A stretch of DNA of 64,000 nt from Bacillota bacterium (lineage in GTDB: Bacteria > Bacillota > Ch66 > Ch109). This document shows positions 33,004 to 44,166 of this stretch, piece by piece. The position numbers and the translations under genes were made by a program. Within the stretch, counting starts at the first letter, position 1, and every line of letters begins with the position of its first letter. The notes below the pieces were generated by a model. The model was not told where the DNA came from, did not search any database, and was given only the letters and a program-made list of their open reading frames with translations. The stretch covers positions 1 to 64,000 of the forward strand of contig JBMNLH010000007.1 of NCBI GenBank assembly GCA_050952625.1, read 5' to 3'.

Positions 33004-36000
33004 CTAATACTCTTCTTCGGGAACGGCATCATTGTCCTGGTCATAGACCCCATAATCCCGTGGTTCATCTAAAGTATCCAGGTCATCTCCCGGTGCATAA
33101 TTGACGGATTCAAAGGTTTCATCTTCATCAGATGGTTGTTCCTCAGCGGCATAGCTATTTTCATTTTCGGCTTCAGGGTCTTCGTCGTTACCTTGGACTT
33201 CACCTTGAAAGTTATCCAGCCCGTATTCCCGGGCCGCCTCGTTAATGTCTTCCTCAACTTCTTTTATTTCTATTTCTTCATTTTGATCAGAAAGTACCTT
33301 AACATCCAGTCCTAAACTCTGCAGTTCCTTGATCAGGACCTTAAAGGACTCTGGAACACCCGGTTCGGGTACATTCTCCCCTTTGACAATGGCCTCATAG
33401 GTTTTAACGCGACCCACGACATCATCTGATTTTACGGTCAATATTTCCTGCAAAGTATAAGATGCGCCGTAGGCTTCGAGCGCCCAAACCTCCATCTCCC
33501 CAAAGCGCTGTCCGCCAAATTGCGCCTTACCGCCCAACGGTTGTTGGGTAACCAGGGAATAAGGACCGGTTGAGCGAGCGTGAATCTTATCATCAACTAA
33601 ATGGGCTAGTTTTAACATGTAGACATAGCCTACCGTTATCGGATTATCGAAAGGTTGCCCGGTCCGGCCATCAAACAAAATAGATTTACTCACTTCCACG
33701 AATGAAGATGGCCCGTTTTCTTCATTTGCCGGTAATCCCTGAGCCGGCTCATAAGCCATCTGATTGCTCCGGGATTCTTTTTCGAATCGCGCATACTCTA
33801 GATAATTCTTTACCTCTTCTTCTCTAGTAGCCTTGCCTCGCCTGATGCGGGCTGCACTCTCCAGGATCCGGCGAATATCTTCTTCATTCGCTCCGTCAAA
33901 AACTGGTGTGGCGACACTTAACCCTAAAGTCTTAGCGGCCCAACCTAGATGACACTCTAAAACCTGCCCGATATTCATTCTAGAAGGTACGCCTAAAGGA
34001 TTGAGGATAATTTCAATTGGTGTACCATCAGGCATAAAAGGCATATCTTCTTCCGGCAAAATCCGGGAAATGACTCCTTTGTTGCCATGCCGGCCAGCCA
34101 TCTTATCTCCCTCAGATATCTTCCGCTTCTGCGCCACATAAACCCGCACCAGTTGATTCACCCCGGGAGCTAGTTCATCATTGTTTTCCCGGGAGAATAC
34201 TTTGACGTCGACCACCTTCCCCGATTCACCATGGGGCACGCGCAGGGAGGTATCCCGCACCTCCCGTGCTTTTTCCCCAAAAATGGCCCGTAAGAGCCGC
34301 TCCTCGGCGGTCAATTCAGTTTCTCCTTTGGGAGTAACCTTGCCGACCAGGATGTCACTGGGTCGGACCTCTGCCCCAACCCGGATAATTCCCCGATCAT
34401 CCAGATCCTTTAACTGATCTTCTCCAACATTGGGAATGTCTCGCGTAATCTCCTCCGGCCCTAACTTCGTATCCCGGGCATCACACTCGTATTCTTCGAT
34501 ATGAATCGAGGTGAAATAATCATCCTTAACCATTTTTTCGCTAATTAAAATAGCGTCCTCGTAGTTATAACCTTCCCAGGGCATAAAGGCAACCAAAACA
34601 TTTCTCCCCAGGGCCAATTCACCCCGATCGGTCGAGGGGCCATCCGCAATGATCTCCCCGGCCTTCACGCGTTGTCCTTTAACCACAATCGGTTTCTGGT
34701 TAACACAGGTACCTTGATTAGAACGATCAAACTTCAATAACTTATAGTAATTCCGTTGTCCTCGCTCGGTCCGAATAACGATCTCATTACCGGTAACTGA
34801 TTCAACAACCCCGGCTTCTCTGGCGATAATGACTACACCCGAATCTAGGGCTGCCTTGTATTCCATACCGGTTCCGACTAAAGGCGCATCGGTCCGCAAC
34901 AAAGGAACCGCTTGCCGCTGCATGTTTGATCCCATCAAAGCTCGGTTAGCGTCATCGTGCTCTAAAAAGGGAATCAAGGCGGTGGCGATACTAACGACCT
35001 GCTTGGGTGAAACATCCATATACTCAACCTTGTCCGCTGAAACCTCCAGAATCTCACTGCCATATCGGGCATTGACGCGTTTATTGATAAAGCGGCCATC
35101 TTTATCCAGCGGCGCGTTCGCTTGAGCAATAATATAATTGTCTTCTTCATCCGCCGAAAGGTATTCTATTTCATCGGTGACCAGACCGCTTTCTTTATTT
35201 ACCTTTCGGTAAGGAGTCTCGATAAAGCCATATTCGTTTATCCGGGCATAGGTACTTAAAGAACCAATCAACCCGATATTAGGTCCCTCAGGGGTCTCAA
35301 TCGGACACATTCGGCCATAATGGGAATGATGGACATCGCGCACCTCAAACCCAGCGCGTTCCCGGCTTAATCCACCCGGGCCTAAGGCACTTAGGCGACG
35401 CTTATGGGTTAGTTCAGCCAGCGGATTGGTTTGATCCATAAACTGGGACAACTGGCTGCTGCCAAAAAATTCTTTAATGGCCGCAACCACTGGCCGGATA
35501 TTGATCAAAACCTGGGGAGTGATGACCTCCATATCTTGAATAGTCATTCTTTCGCGAACGACGCGTTCCATCCGCGAAAGGCCGATGCGAAACTGGTTCT
35601 GCAATAATTCTCCAACTGAACGCAGCCGGCGGTTGCCCAGATGGTCGATATCGTCCACCTGTCCCTGACCCTTCATCAAACCGAGCAGGTAACGCAGGAC
35701 CTCGATAACATCTTCCCGGCTCAAAGTTCGCTGATTTGCCCGCGCATCTATTCTTAATTTCTTGTTTAATTTATACCGACCCACATGAGCCAGATCGTAA
35801 CGTTTAGCATCGAAAAACAATGACTCCAGTAAAGAACGGGCACTCTCAACAGTTGGCGGTTCACCCGGACGCAGCCGTTTATAGATCTCGACCAGGGCAT
35901 CTGCTTCGGACTCTGTATTATCACGTTCTAAAGTTATTTGAATATGCTCATCATCGTTAAAAAGGTCCTGGATATGAGCATTGGTAGGATAGCCTAGGGC

Positions 36001-36582
36001 CCTAATCAAGACTGTGGCTGGCAATTTACGTGTTCGGTCAACCCGGACAAAGATATTGTCATTGGCGTCCGTTTCAAATTCCAGCCAAGCCCCCCGATTA
36101 GGGATAATTGTTGCCCCAAAGACCTTCTTGCCGCTGGGATCAATCTGTTCATTAAAGTAAACCCCGGGAGAACGCACCAACTGGCTAACAATAACCCGCT
36201 CGGCCCCGTTAATAATGAAGGTTCCTTTATTCGTCATCTTGGGGAAATCCCCCATAAAGACATCTGTTTCGTTAACCTCACCAGTCTCCTTGTTTAAGAG
36301 TCGGACCTTCACTCGCAAAGGAGCAGCATAAGTAACGTCCCTTTCCTTTGATTCCTCCTCCGAGTATTTGGGTTCACCCAAGTGATACCCCACAAACTCC
36401 AGGACTAAATTGCCGGTAAAATCCTGAATAGGCGAAATATCGTCAAATAATTCTTGTAAACCCGTTTCCAGAAACCATCGGTAGGAGTTCTGTTGCACCT
36501 CAATCAGGTTGGGCATTTCCAGCACCTCAGCGATTCGGGCGTAACTCCATCGTTTTTGGTTTCCTACCTCGATAGGATACAT
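33004..36582 (-). CDS. rpoB: RNA polymerase beta subunit
   Basis: [39 protein letters not shown]. Confidence 0.99.
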   Translation of the reverse strand: MYPIEVGNQKRWSYARIAEVLEMPNLIEVQQNSYRWFLETGLQELFDDISPIQDFTGNLVLEFVGYHLGEPKYSEEESKERDVTYAAPLRVKVRLLNKETGEVNETDVFMGDFPKMTNKGTFIINGAERVIVSQLVRSPGVYFNEQIDPSGKKVFGATIIPNRGAWLEFETDANDNIFVRVDRTRKLPATVLIRALGYPTNAHIQDLFNDDEHIQITLERDNTESEADALVEIYKRLRPGEPPTVESARSLLESLFFDAKRYDLAHVGRYKLNKKLRIDARANQRTLSREDVIEVLRYLLGLMKGQGQVDDIDHLGNRRLRSVGELLQNQFRIGLSRMERVVRERMTIQDMEVITPQVLINIRPVVAAIKEFFGSSQLSQFMDQTNPLAELTHKRRLSALGPGGLSRERAGFEVRDVHHSHYGRMCPIETPEGPNIGLIGSLSTYARINEYGFIETPYRKVNKESGLVTDEIEYLSADEEDNYIIAQANAPLDKDGRFINKRVNARYGSEILEVSADKVEYMDVSPKQVVSIATALIPFLEHDDANRALMGSNMQRQAVPLLRTDAPLVGTGMEYKAALDSGVVIIAREAGVVESVTGNEIVIRTERGQRNYYKLLKFDRSNQGTCVNQKPIVVKGQRVKAGEIIADGPSTDRGELALGRNVLVAFMPWEGYNYEDAILISEKMVKDDYFTSIHIEEYECDARDTKLGPEEITRDIPNVGEDQLKDLDDRGIIRVGAEVRPSDILVGKVTPKGETELTAEERLLRAIFGEKAREVRDTSLRVPHGESGKVVDVKVFSRENNDELAPGVNQLVRVYVAQKRKISEGDKMAGRHGNKGVISRILPEEDMPFMPDGTPIEIILNPLGVPSRMNIGQVLECHLGWAAKTLGLSVATPVFDGANEEDIRRILESAARIRRGKATREEEVKNYLEYARFEKESRSNQMAYEPAQGLPANEENGPSSFVEVSKSILFDGRTGQPFDNPITVGYVYMLKLAHLVDDKIHARSTGPYSLVTQQPLGGKAQFGGQRFGEMEVWALEAYGASYTLQEILTVKSDDVVGRVKTYEAIVKGENVPEPGVPESFKVLIKELQSLGLDVKVLSDQNEEIEIKEVEEDINEAAREYGLDNFQGEVQGNDEDPEAENENSYAAEEQPSDEDETFESVNYAPGDDLDTLDEPRDYGVYDQDNDAVPEEEY

Positions 36583-36832
36583 CTAAAGACCTCACCCCTT
36601 ATCAAGTTGGTGGACCCCCAATTAAAAAACGCAACTAACCCGCTAATGACTTTAACATATTAAGAACAGGCAAAAGCAAGGCAATGCTCACCTCGCTTCT
36701 AATTGTCCCCAGCCGTTACGCTATTTAATTATTCTTCCCAGTTCAACCAATAATATGCATGTTCTGCCATAAATATCTATTAGTAACTTTTAAAAACAAA
36801 ATAAATAGTCTTACAAAAGATGCCAGTCTATA

Positions 36833-36861
36833 ATGTTACCAGAAGACATGATATTTGTCAA
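36833..36861 (-). promoter_or_regulatory. Putative SigA promoter of rpoBC
   Basis: TTGACA-N17-TAACAT, ~240 nt upstream of rpoB. Confidence 0.55.
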
Positions 36862-36902
36862 GTAAATCCTCAACAGTGTTTCGATAATAGCGGTACAATG
36901 TT

Positions 36903-36938
36903 AAAAAGACACTCCTAAGAAGAGACTTAAGAGTGTCT
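36903..36938 (-). terminator. Terminator after rplL
   Basis: AGACACTC...GAGTGTCT stem followed by T tract on the minus strand. Confidence 0.75.
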
Positions 36939-36972
36939 CACTTCCAAAACCAATTGGATTATCCCACACCAA

Positions 36973-37350
36973 TTACTTAATCTCGACGCTAGCACCAGCT
37001 TCGACTAATTTAGCTTTAATAGCTTCGGCGTCTTCCTTAGCAATCTTTTCTTTGATTGCTTTTGGAGCTGCTTCAACTAAGTCTTTGGCTTCTTTTAGAC
37101 CCAGACCAGTTAACGCACGAACTACCTTAATTACTTCAACCTTTTTCTCTCCAAAGCTGGTGAGGATGACGTCAAACTCAGTTTGGGCTTCTTCTTCAAC
37201 CGCGGCCGGTCCAGCTGCCGGGCCAGCGGCAATTGCTACCGGAGCGGCTGCGGTAACGCCAAATTCTTCTTCAAAGGCTTTAACTAGTTCCGATAATTCT
37301 AGGACCGTCATTCCCTTGACTATTTCAAGGACTTCATTAACTTTACTCAT
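36973..37350 (-). CDS. rplL: 50S ribosomal protein L7/L12
   Basis: [23 protein letters not shown]. Confidence 0.99.
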   Translation of the reverse strand: MSKVNEVLEIVKGMTVLELSELVKAFEEEFGVTAAAPVAIAAGPAAGPAAVEEEAQTEFDVILTSFGEKKVEVIKVVRALTGLGLKEAKDLVEAAPKAIKEKIAKEDAEAIKAKLVEAGASVEIK

Positions 37351-37432
37351 TACTTTTTGCCTCCTTAAATATTCTAAATAACGGATAATTGATGTTGCTA
37401 ATCTTGGAATCAGCCTATCTGCCAAAATACGA

Positions 37433-37960
37433 TTAAGCGGTTTCCTGTTTTTGTTGGCGAATGCTGTCTAGCACGTGAACCAAATTGCGAATTGGTGCTT
37501 GAAGAACATTGACCCAACTGGTAATCGGTGCCTGGAATGCGCCGGCAACCTTGCCGAGCAATACTTCGCGCGATGGCAGCTCCGCTAATGCCTTAACGCC
37601 ATCAAGATCGATAACCTTTCCTTCTACCACCCCAACCTTAATGTTCAAGTTCTTGTGAGTCTTGGCGAACTCTGATAAAAGTTTCGCGGGAGCAACTGGA
37701 TCATTAACGCCAAAGGCAATGGCCGTTGGTCCTTTTAGATAAGGCTCCAATTCTGCCAGGCCCGCCTCACGAACGGCTAATGTGGTTAGAGTGTTCTTCA
37801 CTACCCGATACTCTACTCCAGCTTTACGCAGCTCGGCTCTCAGTTCGGTTGCTTCCGACACTTTTAACCCTCGGAAATCTGCCAAGATTAACGAACTGGA
37901 GTCGCTCATCTTTTGACGTAGTTCTTGCACGATCTTTTGTTTGGCTTCGATGTTGGGCAT
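37433..37960 (-). CDS. rplJ: 50S ribosomal protein L10
   Basis: DFRGLKV, VVKNTL, GPTAIAF, LPSRE. Confidence 0.98.
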   Translation of the reverse strand: MPNIEAKQKIVQELRQKMSDSSSLILADFRGLKVSEATELRAELRKAGVEYRVVKNTLTTLAVREAGLAELEPYLKGPTAIAFGVNDPVAPAKLLSEFAKTHKNLNIKVGVVEGKVIDLDGVKALAELPSREVLLGKVAGAFQAPITSWVNVLQAPIRNLVHVLDSIRQQKQETA

Positions 37961-37994
37961 CCTTTATTTCACCTCCTAACGGCTATAAAATCAC

Positions 37995-38160
37995 CAAAAA
38001 CAAAGGCCCCTGCAGACAGCAGAGACCCGGAAGGATATATCTTCAAGTTATCTAATGAAGGTTTCTTCCCAACCTCGGCAGGTGGACTTGCGAAAAATTG
38101 GTTTTGTCCCTTAAGTGGTTCCGCATCCGAACCACGCCTGCTGTCTGCAGTCAGTTATAT
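37995..38160 (-). promoter_or_regulatory. L10 leader (attenuator)
   Basis: GCAGACAGCAGG...TTAA...CCTGCCGAGG core and downstream complementary CTGCTGTCTGCAG followed by a T tract. Confidence 0.85.
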
Positions 38161-38189
38161 TCTGTTTAGTCTAAATCAATTTGTGTTTA

Positions 38190-38885
38190 TTAGCCCATTG
38201 CCTTTAAGGGATTAATCTTAATGCCCGGTCCCATAGAAGATGAAATAACGATACTCTTCATATACTGACCTTTAGCTGCGGCCGGTTTAGCTTTGATAAG
38301 AGTTTCGATGAGGGTTTGATAATTCTCTTTAATTTTGTCCGCATCAAAAGATGCTCGGCCGATTGGGGCATGGATAATCCCAGTTTTATCGACCCGGTAA
38401 GTAATTTTACCAGCTTTAACCTCACGGACCGCTCTTTCCACATCAAAAGTTACGGTACCGGTCTTCGGATTGGGCATCAATCCTTTGGGACCAAGCAGTT
38501 TGCCCAATTTCCCGACCATCCCCATCATATCTGGCGTAGCCACAGCTACGTCAAAACCAAACCAGCCTGCCTGAATCTGGGCAACAACGTCTTCTGCCCC
38601 GACAAAGTCTGCCCCGGCCAGTTCTGCTTCTTTGGCTTTATCACCCTTGGCAAAAACCAACACACTGCGGGTCCGTCCGGTTCCATGCGGCAGAACCACG
38701 GCCCCCCTGATTTGTTGGTCCGCATGTCGCGGATCAACGCCCAATTTAACGGCTATTTCGATAGTTTCATCAAATTTAGCTTGGGCTAGTTTTTTTACCA
38801 ACTCAAGTGCTTCATCAACTTCATACAATTTAGTCCGATCGTACTGTTTTAGTGCTTCCTGATACTTTTTGCCTCTAGCCTTCAT
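38190..38885 (-). CDS. rplA: 50S ribosomal protein L1
   Basis: [29 protein letters not shown]; start at ATG after SD GGAGGTG. Confidence 0.99.
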   Translation of the reverse strand: MKARGKKYQEALKQYDRTKLYEVDEALELVKKLAQAKFDETIEIAVKLGVDPRHADQQIRGAVVLPHGTGRTRSVLVFAKGDKAKEAELAGADFVGAEDVVAQIQAGWFGFDVAVATPDMMGMVGKLGKLLGPKGLMPNPKTGTVTFDVERAVREVKAGKITYRVDKTGIIHAPIGRASFDADKIKENYQTLIETLIKAKPAAAKGQYMKSIVISSSMGPGIKINPLKAMG

Positions 38886-38899
38886 TTCCGACACCTCCT

Positions 38900-38927
38900 G
38901 TGGTAATAACGGATAGCTTCCTCCCAC
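38900..38927 (-). promoter_or_regulatory. L1-binding mRNA site upstream of rplA
   Basis: GTGGGAGG-hairpin-CCGTTATTACCAC next to the SD. Confidence 0.7.
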
Positions 38928-38979
38928 ATTATTTTCTTTTCCTAAAACAAACCCAATAAATATCTCTGAGGGCACAAGA

Positions 38980-39077
38980 CCGCTGTTTCCATAAGTGGCG
39001 TTGCTTTATTTAAACTTCTAGCGGAGTAAAGTTTCCACCCAAAGCCCCGATGTTCAACAAAGCCGGACGAGTTCACT
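38980..39077 (-). repeat. Dispersed intergenic repeat family A, copy 1
   Basis: Aligns by eye with 40792-40890 (+): AGTGAACTCGT...TTGAAC...TACTCC...AGAAGTTTAAATAA.GCAAC. Confidence 0.75.
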
Positions 39078-39498
39078 ATACTACCTCAATACCCATACTG
39101 CGAGCGGTCCCTTCGATTATCCTCATCGCCGCCTCTATATCAGCCGCGTTTAAGTCCTTCATTTTTGACTGGGCTATTTCTTTAACCTGATCCTGACTGA
39201 CCTTGCCAACTTTCTTCCGGTTTGGTTCTCCGGAAGCTGTTTCTATGCCAGCGGCCCGCTTCAATAACACGGACGCCGGTGGAGTTTTCAGAACAAAGGT
39301 AAACGATCTATCTTCGTAAATTGTTACCTCGACCGGCACTATCAGACCCGCCTGCGAAGAAGTTCGTTCATTATAGTCCTTGCAAAAGGCCATTATGTTA
39401 ACTCCGTGTTGTCCTAAAGCCGGACCTACTGGCGGGGCTGGTGTTGCTTTTCCAGCCGGAATTTGTAATTTGACCAAACCCACAACCTTTTTGGCCAT
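39076..39498 (-). CDS. rplK: 50S ribosomal protein L11
   Basis: [20 protein letters not shown]. Confidence 0.99.
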   Translation of the reverse strand: MAKKVVGLVKLQIPAGKATPAPPVGPALGQHGVNIMAFCKDYNERTSSQAGLIVPVEVTIYEDRSFTFVLKTPPASVLLKRAAGIETASGEPNRKKVGKVSQDQVKEIAQSKMKDLNAADIEAAMRIIEGTARSMGIEVV

Positions 39499-39523
39499 TA
39501 TCTACACCTCCTTTGAGCAAATT

Positions 39524-39551
39524 GTGGTTTGCGAGCCAAAGGCCCTCCCAC
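39524..39551 (-). promoter_or_regulatory. L1-binding mRNA site upstream of rplK
   Basis: GTGGGAGGGCC-TTT-GGCTCGCAAACCAC. Confidence 0.7.
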
Positions 39552-39553
39552 TC

Positions 39554-40081
39554 CTATATCTTTTGAATCTGTGAAAATTCCAGTTCGGTAGGTGTTTCAC
39601 GACCAAACATGGAGATAAGCACCTTGATTTTTCCCTTTTCCGGGTAAATCTCACCGATAATCCCCTCAAAGTTTCGAAAAGGTCCAGCAATAACGCGTAC
39701 CATTTCACCCACAGTAAAATCAATTTTAGGTCGTGCCTCTTCTAGACCCATCTGTTGCAAAATATCATGGACCTCTGACTGGCGCAGAGCGATCGGTTTT
39801 GAACCGGTTCCTACAAAGCCGGTTACCCCCGGTGTATTCCGTACTACATACCACGAGTCATCAGTCATAATCATTTCGACTAAAACATAACCGGGAAAGA
39901 TCTTTTTCTTGATCAACTTTTTTTTCCCGTTCTTATACTCCATCTCGTCTTCCATGGGAACCAAAACGCGAAAAATCTTGTTCTCCATGTTCATTGACTC
40001 GACCCGTTTTTCCAGGTTGGCTTTGACTTTATTCTCATAGCCAGAATACGTATGAATTACATACCAATTTTTTTCATCCAT
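39554..40081 (-). CDS. nusG: Transcription factor NusG
   Basis: WYVIHTYSGYENKV, FPGYVLV, MFGRETP. Confidence 0.99.
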   Translation of the reverse strand: MDEKNWYVIHTYSGYENKVKANLEKRVESMNMENKIFRVLVPMEDEMEYKNGKKKLIKKKIFPGYVLVEMIMTDDSWYVVRNTPGVTGFVGTGSKPIALRQSEVHDILQQMGLEEARPKIDFTVGEMVRVIAGPFRNFEGIIGEIYPEKGKIKVLISMFGRETPTELEFSQIQKI

Positions 40082-40213
40082 AATTGAAGGGACCTGCTGC
40101 AAACTAGACCCCTCACCCCCTCGGAATACCGGATTTGTTTGCACCTGCACCTATCTCCTGACAAACATTTAAACTCATTCTTCTAGTTTTCATTGAATGC
40201 TCTTGATACTTTA

Positions 40214-40453
40214 CTATTTCCCGACTGCCTTAAACAATTCTTCTATTAAAACACTTAACGCCGAATCTACTAACCAGATAAGCATGGCAACGAAGGCAAC
40301 TGAAACAAGGACCACCCCGGTATAGGTGATTAACTCCTTCCGGTTGGGCCAATGTACCTTCTTTAATTCAGCCACAACGTTACGCAAATAACCAGTTGAT
40401 CGATTCCGAAGGTCACTCCATTTATTCACTTCAGCCCGTTTGGCGGTGGTCAT
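40214..40453 (-). CDS. secE: Preprotein translocase SecE
   Basis: ELKKVHWP plus one TM helix; upstream of nusG. Confidence 0.95.
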   Translation of the reverse strand: MTTAKRAEVNKWSDLRNRSTGYLRNVVAELKKVHWPNRKELITYTGVVLVSVAFVAMLIWLVDSALSVLIEELFKAVGK

Positions 40454-40474
40454 CCCTTTCACATCCTCAAGCTT

Positions 40475-40627
40475 CTATTTAGTTTCTTTATGCACAGTAT
40501 GCGTCTTGCAAAACTTGCAGTACTTTTTCATTTCTATTCTGTCTGGATCATTTTTTTTGTTTTTATTAGTAGAATAATTCCGCTGTTTACATTCAGTACA
40601 GGCTAATATCACTCCAACACGCACCAT
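40475..40627 (-). CDS. rpmG: 50S ribosomal protein L33 (Zn form)
   Basis: Below the ORF cutoff; hand translation [50 protein letters not shown]. Confidence 0.97.
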   Translation of the reverse strand: MVRVGVILACTECKQRNYSTNKNKKNDPDRIEMKKYCKFCKTHTVHKETK

Positions 40628-40660
40628 TAACACCTCCCCGGCAGACTAACACACCTCAAC

Positions 40661-40690
40661 AATGTAGCACAGCAAAGGTCTTCCTGTCAA
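40661..40690 (-). promoter_or_regulatory. Putative SigA promoter of rpmG-secE-nusG
   Basis: TTGACA-N18-TACATT with TGn. Confidence 0.55.
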
Positions 40691-40791
40691 TAGACTCATT
40701 CTGACCTTTGTTGCCAACCCCATGTGTACTAGTGTACCAACTTTAGCCAGTTTCTAATCCTCAATGATGTCGACACTCATATATTCAGCAG

Positions 40792-40890
40792 AGTGAACTC
40801 GTTCAGCTTCATTGAACTTCATGCCTCAGATGGAGATTTTTACTCCAGCAGAAGTTTAAATAAGGCAACCCCGGCTAATAGAAGCAGAGT
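40792..40890 (+). repeat. Dispersed intergenic repeat family A, copy 2
   Basis: Homologous to the reverse complement of 38980-39077. Confidence 0.75.
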
Positions 40891-40909
40891 TTTTTGATTA
40901 AGATCAATT

Positions 40910-40935
40910 AAGGAGGCTGCCGCCGCAGCCTCCTT
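40910..40935 (-). terminator. Hairpin after tuf, probable terminator
   Basis: Perfect AAGGAGGCTGC-CGCC-GCAGCCTCCTT. Confidence 0.7.
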
Positions 40936-40984
40936 CTGATTTCAGTTTCGGCCAGTCAACTTATCGGTTTAAATCAACAATTAC

Positions 40985-42187
40985 TTATTCGATAATGCCG
41001 GTCACGACACCAGCACCTACGGTCCGACCACCTTCTCGAATCGCAAACCGCAGTCCTTCTTCAATCGCAATCGGGGTGATCAGTTCAATGGTCATCCGAA
41101 TGTTGTCCCCGGGCATAACCATCTCTACGCCTTCCGGCAGGGTCGCGACACCAGTCACGTCTGTGGTCCGGAAATAGAATTGGGGTCGATAACCATTAAA
41201 AAATGGGGTGTGCCGTCCACCTTCGTCTTTCGTTAGGACATAGACTTCGGCCTGATAGTGGGTGTGCGGTTTAATGGAACCAGGCTTCGCTAAAACTTGA
41301 CCCCGTTCGATTTCTTTTCGATCAACCCCCCTGAGCAGGGTGCCGATGTTGTCACCCGCTTGGGCAAAGTCGAGAATCTTGCGGAACATCTCCACCCCAG
41401 TGCAGACAGTCTTGCGCACATCTTCCCGCAAACCAACGATTTCTATTTCCTCGCCAACCTTGATCGTGCCGCGCTCGACCCGACCAGTGGCCACGGTGCC
41501 TCGGCCAGTAATGGTAAAGACGTCTTCGACCGGCATCAGGAATGGCTTATCCACGGCCCGTTCCGGAATCGGCACGGAAGCGTCGACAGCGTCCATCAAA
41601 TCCCAGACCACCTTGCAGTTCGGGCATTCCCGGCCGCCACAGGCACATTCCATCGCCTTTAAGGCGGAACCCCGAATTACCGGAATGTCGTCTCCCGGAA
41701 ATTCATACATATTCAACAGGTCACGGACTTCCATTTCAACCAGTTCGAGTAATTCTTCGTCGTCAACCATATCCACTTTATTCAGGAAGACGACAATATA
41801 AGGAACGCCAACCTGACGTGCCAGCAAAATGTGCTCTCGGGTCTGCGGCATGGGACCGTCAGCCGCGGAGACCACCAGAATGGCTCCGTCCATCTGGGCC
41901 GCTCCAGTAATCATGTTTTTAACGTAGTCTGCGTGACCCGGGCAATCCACATGGGCATAATGTCGGTTGCCGGTTTCGTATTCCACGTGAGAGGTAGAGA
42001 TCGTAATCCCTCTTTCTCTTTCTTCCGGGGCTTTATCAATCTGATCATAAGCTGTGGCTACCGCGCCGCCGGCTTTGGCAAGACAAATGGTGATGGCGGC
42101 GGTCAAGGTGGTTTTGCCATGGTCCACGTGTCCAATGGTGCCAATATTCACGTGGGGTTTGGTTCTTTCAAATTTTTTCTTGGCCAT
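40985..42187 (-). CDS. tuf: Elongation factor Tu (tRNA-cluster copy)
   Basis: 400 aa, near-identical to 24539-25741. Confidence 0.99.
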   Translation of the reverse strand: MAKKKFERTKPHVNIGTIGHVDHGKTTLTAAITICLAKAGGAVATAYDQIDKAPEERERGITISTSHVEYETGNRHYAHVDCPGHADYVKNMITGAAQMDGAILVVSAADGPMPQTREHILLARQVGVPYIVVFLNKVDMVDDEELLELVEMEVRDLLNMYEFPGDDIPVIRGSALKAMECACGGRECPNCKVVWDLMDAVDASVPIPERAVDKPFLMPVEDVFTITGRGTVATGRVERGTIKVGEEIEIVGLREDVRKTVCTGVEMFRKILDFAQAGDNIGTLLRGVDRKEIERGQVLAKPGSIKPHTHYQAEVYVLTKDEGGRHTPFFNGYRPQFYFRTTDVTGVATLPEGVEMVMPGDNIRMTIELITPIAIEEGLRFAIREGGRTVGAGVVTGIIE

Positions 42188-42380
42188 TTAGATTGCCTTC
42201 CTCCCTTGATCCTGTAATTCTCTAATGACTACCAACTGACACTGTACTCACCAACAAAAAACCATAAACCATGAATAAATGTATAAAAACTCATTTCTTT
42301 CGCCCAGGAATACCCGTCGATTTGAAATGATTATTCTTTTCCCCTTTCATTCAACAGGAATTCCCAAAATGCCGATGATA

Positions 42381-42409
42381 ATTCTACCCCATTTTGTCCC
42401 AAATGTCAA
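42381..42409 (-). promoter_or_regulatory. SigA promoter of tuf
   Basis: TTGACA-N17-TAGAAT. Confidence 0.7.
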
Positions 42410-42418
42410 ACTTCTAAA

Positions 42419-42450
42419 TAAAAAAATCAAAGGGTTATTAACCCTTTGAT
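42419..42450 (-). terminator. Terminator of the tRNA cluster
   Basis: ATCAAAGGGTT-loop-AACCCTTTGAT followed by a T run. Confidence 0.85.
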
Positions 42451-42461
42451 CCTCTTTCTTT

Positions 42462-42538
42462 TGGTAGCGGCGCAGGGATTTGAACCCCGGACACTACGGG
42501 TATGAACCGTATGCTCTGACCAACTGAGCTACGCCGCC
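42462..42538 (-). tRNA. tRNA-Met(CAT), elongator type
   Basis: GGCGGCGTAGCTCAG...TACGGTTCATACCCGTA...GTTCAAATC...CCA. Confidence 0.93.
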
Positions 42539-42544
42539 ATAAGA

Positions 42545-42620
42545 TGGAGCCCATAACCGGGATTGAACCGGTGACCTTATCCTTACCAAGGATACGCTCT
42601 ACCGACTGAGCTATATGGGC
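42545..42620 (-). tRNA. tRNA-Thr(GGT)
   Basis: GCCCATATAGCTCAG...ATCCTTGGTAAGGAT...CCA. Confidence 0.96.
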
Positions 42621-42621
42621 T

Positions 42622-42697
<76 letters not shown>

Positions 42698-42760
42698 TTA
42701 TTAAAAGTTTAAAGTTAGTAAATGTTATTTTGCCTGTTTAATAATATAGTTTTAATAATA

Positions 42761-42836
<76 letters not shown>

Positions 42837-42870
42837 ACGTGAGCTTCATACTGCTAATAAAGATTTATTA

Positions 42871-42955
42871 TGGTGGAGGGGGAAGGATTTGAACCTTCGA
42901 AGGCGTTGCCAACAGATTTACAGTCTGCCCCCTTTGGCCACTCGGGAACCCCTCC
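42871..42955 (-). tRNA. tRNA-Tyr(GTA)
   Basis: 85 nt with long variable arm; GCAGACTGTAAATCTGT. Confidence 0.96.
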
Positions 42956-43002
42956 ATAGCACTAACACTATATTTAAAATATATAAACTCTTTTTATCTG
43001 GT

Positions 43003-43077
43003 TGGAGCCGACGATGGGATTTGAACCCGCAACCTGCTGATTACAAGTCAGCTGCTCTACCATTGAGCTACGTCGGC
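43003..43077 (-). tRNA. tRNA-Thr(TGT)
   Basis: GCCGACGTAGCTCA...CTGACTTGTAATCAG...CCA. Confidence 0.96.
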
Positions 43078-43176
43078 ACATTAGAAATCCTGGTTGTTGC
43101 CAGGAACATTTGCTATCTTAGCAGAATACTTGCTGGCTGTCAATATTATTTTAAAATATTCTGCTGAATTATCCCC

Positions 43177-43824
43177 CTACTCGTCGTCTCTTTTTTCTAA
43201 ATACCGTTCCAATTTCCTTTTAACTCGCTGCAAGGCATTATCAATGGATTTAACGTGACGTTTCAGATCAACCGCTATTTCCTGATAGGACTTACCCTCC
43301 AGGTATGACATCAGCACCTTCCACTCCAGCGAGCTTAAGATTTCGCCCATCTTCTCTTCTATACCATCAAACTCTTCCCGACTGATGATTAATTCCTCAG
43401 GATCAGTAATCTTTGACCCAGTAATCACATCTAGCAAGGTGCGATCCGAATCCTCATCGTAAATCGGTTTGTTTAATGATACATATGAGTTTAAGGGGAT
43501 ATGCTTTTGTCTAGTCGCTGTCTTAATGGCCGTAATTATTTGCCTGGTGACGCATAATTCAGCAAACGCGCGAAAGGAGGAAAGTTTATCGCAGCGAAAA
43601 TCTCTAATTGCTTTAAAAAGACCGATCATCCCTTCCTGGATGATATCCTCCCGGTCAGCACCTATGAGAAAATAGGATCTGGCCTTAGCCCGTACAAAAT
43701 TACGGTATTTGTTTATTAGATGCTCTTCAGCCAAAAGATTCCCATCTCTAACCATCTCTACAATCTCTTCGTCACTCAGAGTCTCAAAAGCATCCAATAA
43801 CTCTTTTTGCACGACAAGAGTCAC
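43177..43824 (-). CDS. sigH: RNA polymerase sigma factor SigH
   Basis: KARSYFLIGADREDIIQEGMIGL, ATRQKHIPLNSYVSL, KSIDNALQRVKRKL. Confidence 0.98.
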   Translation of the reverse strand: MTLVVQKELLDAFETLSDEEIVEMVRDGNLLAEEHLINKYRNFVRAKARSYFLIGADREDIIQEGMIGLFKAIRDFRCDKLSSFRAFAELCVTRQIITAIKTATRQKHIPLNSYVSLNKPIYDEDSDRTLLDVITGSKITDPEELIISREEFDGIEEKMGEILSSLEWKVLMSYLEGKSYQEIAVDLKRHVKSIDNALQRVKRKLERYLEKRDDE

Positions 43825-44060
43825 CCAGATCGCCTCCACAATAAGTACTCAATAGGCTTTGACCCCTGGTCTCCTAAATTTAGCTATTTATTACAACTTA
43901 GATCCTGAAGCCAATTCCCGAAGGCTTCCAAGTACCTGCGGTTTTATCATCAGCACACTCACTTACGAGACTTTGGGTGAGTTTGGAGAGTATGATCCGA
44001 AAAGATCATAACTTATTCAGAATTGACGATAGAGGAGGGGTTGTCCCAATTAACATATAC

Positions 44061-44090
44061 ATTATAAACGAAAGCCCGAATAACAGTCAA
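44061..44090 (-). promoter_or_regulatory. Putative SigA promoter of sigH
   Basis: TTGACT-N18-TATAAT. Confidence 0.6.
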
Positions 44091-44166
44091 TACTCATGTC
44101 GCAGAGTCAGAGCTAAAGCAGCAAAATGTTTTATCGCAGAGTCCAGATAAAGTGTCCGATAGTTTG

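Noticed and set aside
42889-43167. 92-aa ORF over the tRNA cluster (and 63352-63576 over tRNA-Asn/5S)
   Set aside because: Antisense to structural RNA genes.
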